This document shows, piece by piece, positions 50,401-58,832 of a DNA stretch of 64,000 nucleotides; within the stretch, counting starts at the first letter, position 1, and every line of letters starts with the position of its first letter. Source of the stretch: a virus; the IMG/VR virus record IMGVR_UViG_3300005264_000001, positions 1 to 64,000 of that record. One strand, 5' to 3'. The notes under the pieces were generated by a model. It was not told where the DNA came from and did no database searches. It worked only from the letters and a program-made list of their open reading frames with translations. The translations under genes and the position numbers were made by a program.

Positions 50401-51403
50401 CATTTCCCCAACCTGATTTAAATATACCAGCACCTGAATCTATTGCTTCATATGTGATTTTATATTTAGTTCCAATTACTGTACTAATTGATGTATAAGT
50501 AGAAGAGAAATCTCCATCATCTGTAACTAGTAGCTCATTATCAACAGTACTAATTAGAGCATTTACAATATTCCAATCATCTGTATTATTAAACTCGCTA
50601 TTTGATACATAATTAACAGGTGTTACACTATCATAAGTGATGTCTCCAACTCCTTCGTCCATTTTCCATTGATGAACTAAATTCTCATTTTCATCATAAA
50701 ATTCTAAATTATTCATACTAAATGAATCCGAATACTCTGGTGTTGGATTTCTAGCAAAAAGTCTATTAACATATAATACAGCATTGTGTGTAAGTGTTTG
50801 TGTTTCTATGTCTACTCCATCTATAACCAACGTAACACTAGTATTGACTCTGACGAACTCATATGTATGAATCTTATCATCAGGAGTGTACGTAAAAGAA
50901 ACAGCTGAACCTGATATGTTTTGGTAAGCAATTCTTGGAATACTTGGTTGTATTCTTATTGCTGAATATATTTCTCCAGTATCTGCTGTAATAACACAAT
51001 CAGAGGTTAATGGTATTTTCGCATTGAATTTAATTCTATGGCTTGAACCTAATGATATTCTTTCAAAATCAATAATATCGTTTGCTCCATCGGTTTTATA
51101 ACATCTACCTGGTTGAACAGGTCCGTTTCTAGCACCTACACTATCTACAAGTTCATACTTTCCTGTAACACTATTAAGTGTAGTATTCATCTTTAAGAAT
51201 TGAATCATATCTAATTGAGGTATGTTTATTCCCTCTCTAAGTTTACCTAATATTTTATCATAGTAAACACCATTCATGATATTATTTTTATCTAGATTAC
51301 TATCTGTATCTCTTGTCTCTTCTAGAATAATGTCATATTTTGCTCCATAGGATTCAGATGTTTCTGAATCTCTTACATTGTCTAAAAATTTATCTACTTT
51401 CAT
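47450..51403 (-). CDS. large LamG/ConA-repeat adhesin (probable head fibre)
   Basis: SLKFNGYNDYV and SLMFDGVDDYV, HDIVATYDG...LYVDG, WKMDEG.G; CBM-like inserts. Confidence 0.8.
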   Translation of the reverse strand: MKVDKFLDNVRDSETSESYGAKYDIILEETRDTDSNLDKNNIMNGVYYDKILGKLREGINIPQLDMIQFLKMNTTLNSVTGKYELVDSVGARNGPVQPGRCYKTDGANDIIDFERISLGSSHRIKFNAKIPLTSDCVITADTGEIYSAIRIQPSIPRIAYQNISGSAVSFTYTPDDKIHTYEFVRVNTSVTLVIDGVDIETQTLTHNAVLYVNRLFARNPTPEYSDSFSMNNLEFYDENENLVHQWKMDEGVGDITYDSVTPVNYVSNSEFNNTDDWNIVNALISTVDNELLVTDDGDFSSTYTSISTVIGTKYKITYEAIDSGAGIFKSGWGNAPPNGSNYGSTLLQSDDITGFQSFEFTATSPTTYLVLGSTGAETATYKNYKCSTIPVNGEIKNADLSTFHATDNSFDSFQNEEGYTTSLKFNGYNDYVNLGNDTSLDATNALTIYSRVKSEDFGTGYRSLAIKFKGGRCWALETNNNVIDFSVSGDGNIWDLVTHLGSINIADGKVHDIVATYDGTIGKLYVDGILNQSGGSTGSISVETSIVTLGANTDVGFMSGLLLDSKLWGRALTQIEVEHLTNNIKVSDADLLYNADFKNVTSSTLPDSSNNNNNGIIDGCEILNIPIRTDGKDVLGNTPTYKGLVRYNADLVESNCTQFDGSSYIRFDKENIDLSRVDYFDFEMKAMKDSSGIINLSQYGGATNSAGIMWYSNGYISVYAKYDTTSSASYFFNEYDNPASIRAVYDGTLTGNDRVKLYINDSEVSLDYSGDFPATMPGFAQEFRIGKLSSLVSDGKMYNVTRRNRAGAIINNWNFAEGAGDTVYDTVPINFGDELVTNGNFDNELNGWVNNDLNTFEIDNGKLHITGDNVSNKYGGTSMPFYIDHSKKYRFEADVIKNSGTDDWDISLRRTLGGTFLKLITNTETTGKISVDFELDDSGDVYIQFTTRGYFDGVIDNITINEIISKTANGTIIDADLSTFHAKDNQRPHNLLDGFSTSLMFDGVDDYVEFPTIDISNSSYLHISMDIEKHNTTDSVCFQQFLDNDSYIQLLWHTNGRIYAVIRDDSLSYGYVEFSDTGRIKATLVFQGNETSNANRLQLSINGVTQTLTFIGTIPSVTPNLSSVNPTLGLQAGGYVKGIVHTLSARGPTGVVLGDWRRVNGNKYIDTVDGENGIIYGCDTLCIPAQLGNTGLDALGNTLSNPSGKFHNNAETLIQEPVAPALIKADAGLDFLYTAEVPNKISFKNMQDSLGDVYNNHNIFMDVSKAEQQQIKNFLVYEDTLTDDETDKVLKFINDPYLKDENYDFILDENGDYILNN

Positions 51404-51414
51404 TTGATAAACCT

Positions 51415-51621
51415 CTATTTATATTCTAATGTTGCTTTATCATCCCAAACGGAGTAAATAACATTATCGATTCCCTTTACAGATTCTATTTTAGTTTCAT
51501 CTGAACTAACTTCTGTAATTCTTTTTATAACCCATATTTTGGCACTAGTTAACTTTGATGAGTTAAGTTTAGCTTCTCCAATATATGTAACAGTTCCAAT
51601 TTTTTCAATTAATCTTGTCAT
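51415..51621 (-). CDS. small virion-associated protein
   Basis: YIGEA...W.IKRI...WDDKATLEY, a pattern common in phage small proteins. Confidence 0.65.
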   Translation of the reverse strand: MTRLIEKIGTVTYIGEAKLNSSKLTSAKIWVIKRITEVSSDETKIESVKGIDNVIYSVWDDKATLEYK

Positions 51622-51724
51622 AATAAAATAATATTAACTTTTGTTTTTAAATATATTTTAAGAATTGTACCTACGTACTTGAGAATTAGTTTATTTGTGT
51701 ATAAAAATATAATATTAATTATAT

Positions 51725-52717
51725 TTATGCTGCTGTAATAATTACACCGGCTGTGTCAGCTGCGATAGCCATTCCAACATCGATTGCGAAAATGTGTTCG
51801 TAATCTCCTGCTGTTTGAGGTAATCTACCTGAGTAAATATCCATTCCACCTTCTTGTACAATTTGTAAGAAGTATCTGTTATCAACAGCGATTGCATGAA
51901 TCGCTTTTGCGTTTGAAACTTTTCCTTCTAAGATATCCCATTCAGTAATTGCTGTTCCATTAAAGTTTACCATTTCTGTGTTAACATTTTGTAAACTTCC
52001 AATGTTGTAAGCAGCCATTGCTCTAAATTGTTCATCTAATTGTAGAGTTTCCCAACCTGTAGGTGACATTGCTACGTTAGTACATTTGAATGTTTGTAAT
52101 ACACCGTTAGTATCTTTTTGACCCTTGAAGTATTTTTTAGCTTTTACTAAGTTAGCCCAAGTTAATCCACCAGTAATATCTGTTGCAGATTTTACACCAG
52201 CAATCATTTTATCAATTACAGCATCGAACTTAGCTCTATGAATAGCAGCTGAATTTTCTTCCATAATTTGTTTAACTACACCAGGAGCTCCTGTTTTAGC
52301 CAATCTTCTATTAACTCTTAATGCTGAGTAATATGTAAAACAACTTACAGTCATTTCTGTTACAGTAGCTGTTTGGTAAGTTACAGTGTTATCGTTATCG
52401 TTATCAAACTTAGCACCAGTCATACCAGCTACTTTAGGAACTTTATATACTCCTGCTCCATCGATTCCACCTAACTCTGCTGGAGTCCATGTTCTAATTG
52501 CTGCAGCGTAATTTGAAAAATCTTTTTCTGCAAATGCAAATACACTTCTTGCAATTTTTGTTGTTAGAGCTGAACCTGTATTACCTACATTTTGTCCTGC
52601 TTCTGTAAACGCTTCATTAAATTTTGCGTTTTCCTTTACTTCTTTTTCGAAAGCTTCAGTTAAGTAGTCTCCTACAATACTTCTTGCTCCATCCATTGTT
52701 TTTACTTCAAATGCCAT
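51725..52717 (-). CDS. major capsid protein (HK97 fold)
   Basis: Follows protease and scaffold; 330 aa; YKVPK, AMSPTGW; strongly biased codon use. Confidence 0.8.
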   Translation of the reverse strand: MAFEVKTMDGARSIVGDYLTEAFEKEVKENAKFNEAFTEAGQNVGNTGSALTTKIARSVFAFAEKDFSNYAAAIRTWTPAELGGIDGAGVYKVPKVAGMTGAKFDNDNDNTVTYQTATVTEMTVSCFTYYSALRVNRRLAKTGAPGVVKQIMEENSAAIHRAKFDAVIDKMIAGVKSATDITGGLTWANLVKAKKYFKGQKDTNGVLQTFKCTNVAMSPTGWETLQLDEQFRAMAAYNIGSLQNVNTEMVNFNGTAITEWDILEGKVSNAKAIHAIAVDNRYFLQIVQEGGMDIYSGRLPQTAGDYEHIFAIDVGMAIAADTAGVIITAA

Positions 52718-52720
52718 TTT

Positions 52721-53287
52721 TTAGTTAAATGAGTTTCTCAACATTTCAGCCAAGTTTAATTTTTTTTCAACTTTTGTTTCAACCTTAGTTTCTACAAATG
52801 TTCCAGCTCCAGTTACTTCCTTTGCTTCTTTTTTCTCTTTTTCGTCCTCTTTACTAGAGTCCTTAGATTTAGACGTATCTTCATCTTCTGAATCATTAGC
52901 TGCTGCATCCTCTTCTTTTTCAGTAATTTCTTCTTCCTTTTTAGGAACTTCTTTTACTTCAGATTTAGCTTCAGTACTAACTTCCTCTTTTTCATCTTCT
53001 GATTCAACGGATTCTTTAGTTTCCTTTGATTCATCTTCTGATTCAGATTCTTTAGCTTCTTGTAATGTATTCAGTTTCTCTTTTAATTCTGCGTTTTCAT
53101 TAGATAATTCTTCTAACTTAACAGTCATTGCTTCAAGTGATGAAGTAACTAATACTAAGTTTTCTTTATTTTCTTCTACAGACTTAACGGAGTTTTCTAA
53201 TGTTTCATTCATTTCAGAAAACTTATTAGCGTTTCCTTCAGTAAATTCATTCATTTTTGTTTCAAAATTTTCAATAATTTTTTCCAT
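52721..53287 (-). CDS. scaffolding protein
   Basis: Coiled coil with an E/K-rich linker, between protease and capsid. Confidence 0.7.
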   Translation of the reverse strand: MEKIIENFETKMNEFTEGNANKFSEMNETLENSVKSVEENKENLVLVTSSLEAMTVKLEELSNENAELKEKLNTLQEAKESESEDESKETKESVESEDEKEEVSTEAKSEVKEVPKKEEEITEKEEDAAANDSEDEDTSKSKDSSKEDEKEKKEAKEVTGAGTFVETKVETKVEKKLNLAEMLRNSFN

Positions 53288-53324
53288 TTTTTAACTGATA
53301 ATAAACAATAAAATATATTTGTTT

Positions 53325-53912
53325 TTAAATATATTTAATATTGTTAATAATTTCGTTCATTTTTTCCATGAACTCTTCTTTTTTCTTAGATTCTTCTGTG
53401 TTTAATTGCTCAACTGCTGACCCCTCAAAACTTTCTGCGAATACAACTTTAGCTTCTTCAAATCCTTCACATGAGACTATCGAACATTCATTCCACGACT
53501 TTACAGTTGCTTCTCTATATGATTCTCCAGACTCTGTTTGTTTATTTAATGCTTGACCGTTAATGTTAAGACTAACTCTTAACTCACTTGCGTTTCTTAA
53601 ATACTCAATTAAACTCTCGTTATATTTTGTATCATAAATCTTTGCTGTACCATATAATCCGTCTTCCTTACCCTCAACAGATAACCAATGCCCTACTGGT
53701 AATGAATGGTCTGAAGTTTTGTGATTGTACATAACATTCTTACCGATTAACTCATTAGCTTTTTCTAAGATTGACTCTTTATTATACAATACACCGTTTC
53801 TTGAAGTTTTATGAAAAGGAACAATCATACCTGAGATTGTCTTATCTTTTGCTTCATTAGCTTCAGAAAATACTGTATCTATACTAAGGTTTTTGTTTTT
53901 AATATCAACCAT
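53325..53912 (-). CDS. prohead protease
   Basis: SRNGVLY, YNH...PVG, VSL, ECSIV. Confidence 0.85.
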   Translation of the reverse strand: MVDIKNKNLSIDTVFSEANEAKDKTISGMIVPFHKTSRNGVLYNKESILEKANELIGKNVMYNHKTSDHSLPVGHWLSVEGKEDGLYGTAKIYDTKYNESLIEYLRNASELRVSLNINGQALNKQTESGESYREATVKSWNECSIVSCEGFEEAKVVFAESFEGSAVEQLNTEESKKKEEFMEKMNEIINNIKYI

Positions 53913-53953
53913 AGAATAATATTATTATTATTTGTTTTTAAATATATTTAGAA

Positions 53954-54958
53954 TTAGTAAATGACCTTCTGGTCATCATTTATAATTACAAATCCACAAT
54001 TAAGTTCTTTAATTATATTATTCATTCTTATTTCATCTTTCTTCATTTGCTTCTCACTACTTCTGTGATAACACTCATTAACTTCATATACAACATTATT
54101 AACTTCATCATAACCATCTACGAAATATCGTAATACTTGATATTGTCTTGTAATGTTTATATCTAGTTTATATTCAATCATATCTAAAGCAGCTGTTTCG
54201 TTCCTACCAATCATTGGAGAAAAAGAAACACTCTTTAAACCATACTTTCTTATATGTTCAGTAATAGCTTTACTTCTCCTTAAAGAAGTCAATTCTTTTT
54301 GTTCTTTAGTTCTGTTTTTTAAAGTTTCTTTAAACTTTCTAACTCTAGATAATTCTTGTTTTATAGTTAAACTTTTTCTATGCTGTCTCATAAATATACT
54401 TTGTCTTTTAGACATTTGTTGTCTTGTCTCATCAGACATATTCTCATTGACTTTCTTTCTAGCCTCACTTTGATTTTTAAAAACATCAGCTTTCTTTTCA
54501 TCACTCCAATTTTTCATAGTTTCTTTTCTTTTATTAGCAATTTCTTTCTTTTGTTCAGGAGTTAAACTGTTAAGCCAAGCATTATGTGTTACTCTATATC
54601 TTTCCCTCATTTCTTTAGTATGTACTCTATTCCTTAATAATTCACTTCTATCAGCACTCATCTTTTCCTTAGCTTCGTGTGACATATTTTCAAGACCTAC
54701 AAACAATCTATCTATTTTTGCTTGTCTTTCCTCATCAGAAATAGTTTTATTATAGGCTGTCATACCTTTACTTTGACTACTTTTGAATTCTTTTGAGTTA
54801 CAGAATGCTCTTCTTTTTTCACTCATTATATCTATGTTTGGAAAATTAATTATATACTCTGGTACACTTGTATTATGTGTTTTTAGGTGTCTAGTAGTAA
54901 TTTGTTTAAATTCTCTATTACAAATCTCACATGTAACTTTATCTTTTAACTCTTTCAT
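53954..54958 (-). CDS. homing-type endonuclease (Zn finger, NUMOD3-like repeats, Vsr/DUF559-like nuclease)
   Basis: CEIC..HLKTH, basic helical repeats, YFVDGYD...YEVNECYH. Confidence 0.78.
   Translation of the reverse strand: MKELKDKVTCEICNREFKQITTRHLKTHNTSVPEYIINFPNIDIMSEKRRAFCNSKEFKSSQSKGMTAYNKTISDEERQAKIDRLFVGLENMSHEAKEKMSADRSELLRNRVHTKEMRERYRVTHNAWLNSLTPEQKKEIANKRKETMKNWSDEKKADVFKNQSEARKKVNENMSDETRQQMSKRQSIFMRQHRKSLTIKQELSRVRKFKETLKNRTKEQKELTSLRRSKAITEHIRKYGLKSVSFSPMIGRNETAALDMIEYKLDINITRQYQVLRYFVDGYDEVNNVVYEVNECYHRSSEKQMKKDEIRMNNIIKELNCGFVIINDDQKVIY
53958..54046. repeat. 89-bp exact direct repeat with 57827-57915
   Basis: Identical 3' ends of the two endonuclease genes. Confidence 0.92.
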
Positions 54959-55020
54959 ATAATTAAAAATAGATATAAGTTTATAAATCTTTTTATATTT
55001 TAAAAAATTAGTTTGTTTAA

Positions 55021-55533
55021 TTAAAAAGGTAATGTGTAAGGTTTATCTAAGTTAATAGATAAAAATAATTCAAATGCTCTTTTTTGAAATGTAAAATGTT
55101 TACCATTAAATAATTTAATCATTTCATCTTTAATAGGTTTAGATAAACAATTAATCATTAATTGAATAAATTCTTCTTTTGATTTTTTAATACCCTCATG
55201 AAACTCGCTGTCTATTGTGTACTCATAACCACCTTTAACATGAAAGATTTTACTTCTTTTTTCATGAACTAGTTTTAAATATGTTGTGTGGTCTTCTGTA
55301 CTCATATTGTAAGCTTCACTTGGTTCTGTAATTCTCAAATGTTCTTCACCTTCAAATGCAGACATATAAACATTATCTTTTAGAATTTGTAATTTGTATT
55401 CATTCTCTCTTTCAACTATAGCATCTCTGACACTTGATTGATTAAGATAAGAATCTCTTGCGTTTCTTAATTTTATACTTGCTGTTTGAACTCCTTCTTT
55501 TAATTGGCTTATCATTTCGTTTTTAGTTACCAT
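55021..55533 (-). CDS. hypothetical protein (early cassette)
   Basis: Own CGAAAGACTTATAAA promoter. Confidence 0.7.
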   Translation of the reverse strand: MVTKNEMISQLKEGVQTASIKLRNARDSYLNQSSVRDAIVERENEYKLQILKDNVYMSAFEGEEHLRITEPSEAYNMSTEDHTTYLKLVHEKRSKIFHVKGGYEYTIDSEFHEGIKKSKEEFIQLMINCLSKPIKDEMIKLFNGKHFTFQKRAFELFLSINLDKPYTLPF

Positions 55534-55599
55534 ACTAATAGTAATACTCTTTAGTTTATAAGTCTTTCGATAATTTAGAATAGTGTTTATAAAGATAAA

Positions 55600-56649
55600 T
55601 TATTTTATTAATACTAAGAACTCTTTTCTTACATTAATACTAAATTCTTCTCCTTTTTCCAAAGAGTCAAACTTTGATTCATATTTTGAGAATACTTTTT
55701 CGACTGAGCGTTTGATATCTCTCAATTTATAATCCTTTTGAAATTCTTGGGCTAAACTTTGATAACATACAGCGACTAGTTCAGATAAAGATTTGCTATG
55801 CATAGCAAATCCAGAGTACTTAAAAAAATATTTCTTACCTGGTGCATCTTTTCTTTTTATAGACACAGTATTTATAGTAGATAATTTTTCTTTAAATCCA
55901 TCTTGTAATCTTTCGATTAAATTTTTAAGTCTTTCGTTTGTTTCTTTATAACTCAAATTATGTTGGTCAAATACAGATTTTAATTTCTTATCAAATCCTT
56001 TAACTTTAACATTATTTCTCTTTTTCCATAATCCGTTTAATACACCTGCTCTCTTAGTCTTTTTTAAACTTCCTATATGTTTGTTTAGTGACTTAAAGAA
56101 GAGTCTTATAAACGTCTTAGAAACGGGTCTAAATGAACTATTAGCACCATTACTAACGAATGTAGCAAAGTCTGCAATATCTTTTGTTAATTCTTTCTTT
56201 TGTTTGTCATTTAGTTCAGCACCTGGGACTGGTTTATATAAATAATCATGTGATAGTTCATAAGCCACAGTATGTAAGAATGTTCTTACTTGTACTTCTA
56301 CTTGTCCTAAATTGTGTTGAACAACTCCTGCGTAGTCAGGTCTAGGATTTACAATGTAATCTGATGTAGTTGTAATTAAGTCTTTGAATATCTCTTTAAT
56401 TCGACCGGCAATCACTTTATATCTACTCATGTTATCAATGTGAATTCTAAATCCAAATAAATCTCCTAAATCTTCTAATTTTCTATATTTATCAGGTTTG
56501 GTTTTAATTTTGTTTAATGCTGAGTTTAAATCTTTTGCTCTATAAGTATAAGTAGTACCGTCTAATTTTCCTAATCTTTTTCTAATCTCTGGAATAATTG
56601 TAGAGTTTAGATTTTTCATCAATTTATCATAATCCTTCTTATTCGCCAT
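55600..56649 (-). CDS. RelA/SpoT-type small alarmone synthetase (toxSAS-like)
   Basis: YRAKDLNSALNK, DLFGFRI, DYIVNP..DY, EVQVRT, ELSHDYLYK. Confidence 0.85.
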   Translation of the reverse strand: MANKKDYDKLMKNLNSTIIPEIRKRLGKLDGTTYTYRAKDLNSALNKIKTKPDKYRKLEDLGDLFGFRIHIDNMSRYKVIAGRIKEIFKDLITTTSDYIVNPRPDYAGVVQHNLGQVEVQVRTFLHTVAYELSHDYLYKPVPGAELNDKQKKELTKDIADFATFVSNGANSSFRPVSKTFIRLFFKSLNKHIGSLKKTKRAGVLNGLWKKRNNVKVKGFDKKLKSVFDQHNLSYKETNERLKNLIERLQDGFKEKLSTINTVSIKRKDAPGKKYFFKYSGFAMHSKSLSELVAVCYQSLAQEFQKDYKLRDIKRSVEKVFSKYESKFDSLEKGEEFSINVRKEFLVLIK

Positions 56650-56926
56650 CTTTACAACATTCTATATATTCTTTTATTAACTCTTGACTATCACTAGCAA
56701 ATTCTGGGTAGATTGTACTAATAGTAGCAATAGCTTCCTCTTTTGTAAATGCTGAAGTAGTTAATACTTCACTATTACAATCATCTTTGTTTTCCAAAGT
56801 TTCTTTAAACACACCAGCGTTATTGTAATCCATTGCTTCCTCAAATGAGTCGAATGATTCACAACTTACTAATTCTCCTGTTTTCATATTCTTAGTGAAT
56901 ACAAAACTAAATTCTTTCTTTTCCAT
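56639..56926 (-). CDS. putative antitoxin of the SAS (CapRel antitoxin-like)
   Basis: Overlaps the SAS start. Pattern FVF...TGEL...F.S.EEAM.Y...EVL..SA......TIYPEF resembles the CapRel antitoxin domain by eye. Confidence 0.5.
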   Translation of the reverse strand: MEKKEFSFVFTKNMKTGELVSCESFDSFEEAMDYNNAGVFKETLENKDDCNSEVLTTSAFTKEEAIATISTIYPEFASDSQELIKEYIECCKDGE

Positions 56927-57005
56927 TTTATTTAATATAGTAAAGTAATATAAATATTACTTTTTAAATATATTTTACATACTTAATCGTTTCTTGTTGA
57001 AATAC

Positions 57006-57266
57006 TTAACAAAACTTTAAAGCTTGTTCATAGTATTTATCTCCTTTACAAATTTTAAGTCTATCTTTTTCAAAGTAATCTGTCATCATATCAGACTCAT
57101 TTGTATAATTTAGTTCTTTAGGGAAGTGTTCATACTCTCTATTATATACAGTAATTGTATCTTCACTTAGTCCACTTTCTTTTGTATAGTTACCAATACT
57201 ATAAAATACTTTCCATTTCTTGTCACCTTGCTTAATACAACTTTTTAAAAATCTTACTTCTGACAT
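57006..57266 (-). CDS. hypothetical protein
   Basis: NESDMMTDYFEKD motif, common in small phage proteins. Confidence 0.7.
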   Translation of the reverse strand: MSEVRFLKSCIKQGDKKWKVFYSIGNYTKESGLSEDTITVYNREYEHFPKELNYTNESDMMTDYFEKDRLKICKGDKYYEQALKFC

Positions 57267-57267
57267 T

Positions 57268-57465
57268 TTAGTATTCCTCCATAATTTTTATATGTTCTTT
57301 TGATTTTAAAATTGAGATTTTATTTTCTTTAATAACCCATTCATATTCTTTAATTTCCCATTGTTGACAAACTTCAATTTGTTCTTCACAATATTTAATT
57401 GAATTATTAAATGATTCTATTTCTTCCTTAACTTCTTCTATCTTGTTTTTTATTTGGCTTTCCAT
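57268..57465 (-). CDS. small coiled-coil protein
   Basis: Downstream of the duplicated promoter cassette. Confidence 0.6.
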   Translation of the reverse strand: MESQIKNKIEEVKEEIESFNNSIKYCEEQIEVCQQWEIKEYEWVIKENKISILKSKEHIKIMEEY

Positions 57466-57533
57466 CTTATAATAATAGTAATACTTACTCCTTTATAAGT
57501 CTTTCGATAAAATTAGTTGTTGTTTATAAAGAG

Positions 57534-57815
57534 TTATAAATTTCTTTCGAATTCTATCTCTTCCAATGTAGATTGTTTTGTTTTATATTCGAGTGCTCGT
57601 GCTGTTAAGCCTCTTCCTTTTCTTGTTTCTACATCACTGTAATATGTTTTTAATAGTTTTGCAGCATTTGCTGACATTTGAGAAGTTAAATTAAAGTGTT
57701 TTGCTATATCCTCTCTTCTTGTCCAATCTTTACAGAATAGAAGTAAATTATTTATACTTCCAATTCTTTCAGTCCATGACCCACCCTCAGGATTAGGTTG
57801 TTTTATCTTTTCCAT
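57534..57815 (-). CDS. putative winged-helix protein
   Basis: TRREDIAKHFNLTSQ HTH-like segment; start at AAAATGG. Confidence 0.5.
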   Translation of the reverse strand: MEKIKQPNPEGGSWTERIGSINNLLLFCKDWTRREDIAKHFNLTSQMSANAAKLLKTYYSDVETRKGRGLTARALEYKTKQSTLEEIEFERNL

Positions 57816-57819
57816 TTTA

Positions 57820-58773
57820 TTATTCATAAATGACCTTCTGGTCATCATTTATAATTACAAATCCACAATTAAGTTCTTTAATTATATTATTCATTCTTAT
57901 TTCATCTTTCTTCATATTCTTAGGTCTCCTATGATGATTTTCATATACTTCATATACAACATTGTTAATCTCATCATAGCCATCTACAAAATACTGTAAA
58001 ATAGGAAATTGTCTTGTAATGTTTATATTAAGTTTACTTTCCATCATATCTAAAGCTTTTGTTTCATTCTTACCAATATTTGGCAAGAACTCTTTTCCAT
58101 TTATTTTTCTATGTTTTTTAAAATATTCTATTGCAGATTTTCTAATTTTTTCTTTCCATTCACTTTTTACTTCTGGTGTCATCTGATTGTGAACATTTTT
58201 TGAATGTTCTGAAAAATCAAAAGTAGACTTAGCCAATGCTTCTTTTGTTTGTTTAGCCAACTCTCTTCTTCTTTCTACTGGTGTGTTTTCCCAAGCTTTC
58301 TTTTGTGACTTACTCAACTTTTTCAAAGACTCTTCACTCCACTCATATCCCATGTGTACTTTAGACATATGTTCTCTATGCCCTGGTCTTTTCCATACCT
58401 CTAATTGTCCTTTTGACATAGACTTTTTCCATGCTCCAATATCTTTTGGTTTATTCCATATACCTTTCATAGTTATACTTTTCTTCTCACCGGCTATTCT
58501 GAGACTTTCACAAGTCTCTTTAGTTAGTCCTTTATGCCAAGCACACTTCTTTTTTAGTTCCTTGGCTTTTTTCTTTCCATGTATTTCTTCAAAAGTTTTA
58601 CCCTTAATGGTGTTTCCATAACAATTTTCGGATAATAATTTTCTAGTGTTATCACTAAGTAAATTAGAGTTTGGAAATTTTTCTTTATAATATTCTATTG
58701 TAGTGTTGTGTCTTTTTAAGTGAGTATTTGTAATACTCTTAAATTCTTTACCACAAATTTTACATTCTACCAT
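57820..58773 (-). CDS. homing-type endonuclease, paralog of 53954..54958
   Basis: CKIC..HLKRH, NUMOD3-like SEESLKKLSKS, YFVDGYD...YEVYENHH. Confidence 0.78.
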   Translation of the reverse strand: MVECKICGKEFKSITNTHLKRHNTTIEYYKEKFPNSNLLSDNTRKLLSENCYGNTIKGKTFEEIHGKKKAKELKKKCAWHKGLTKETCESLRIAGEKKSITMKGIWNKPKDIGAWKKSMSKGQLEVWKRPGHREHMSKVHMGYEWSEESLKKLSKSQKKAWENTPVERRRELAKQTKEALAKSTFDFSEHSKNVHNQMTPEVKSEWKEKIRKSAIEYFKKHRKINGKEFLPNIGKNETKALDMMESKLNINITRQFPILQYFVDGYDEINNVVYEVYENHHRRPKNMKKDEIRMNNIIKELNCGFVIINDDQKVIYE

Positions 58774-58832
58774 ATTAATTATAAAGTTTATCCATTTTTA
58801 AATATATTGTGTTTCTCTTACTCTTTAGTCAA

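Noticed and set aside
53958-57915. Diversity-generating retroelement TR/VR pair
   Set aside because: The repeats are identical rather than adenine-mutated, and no reverse transcriptase is present.
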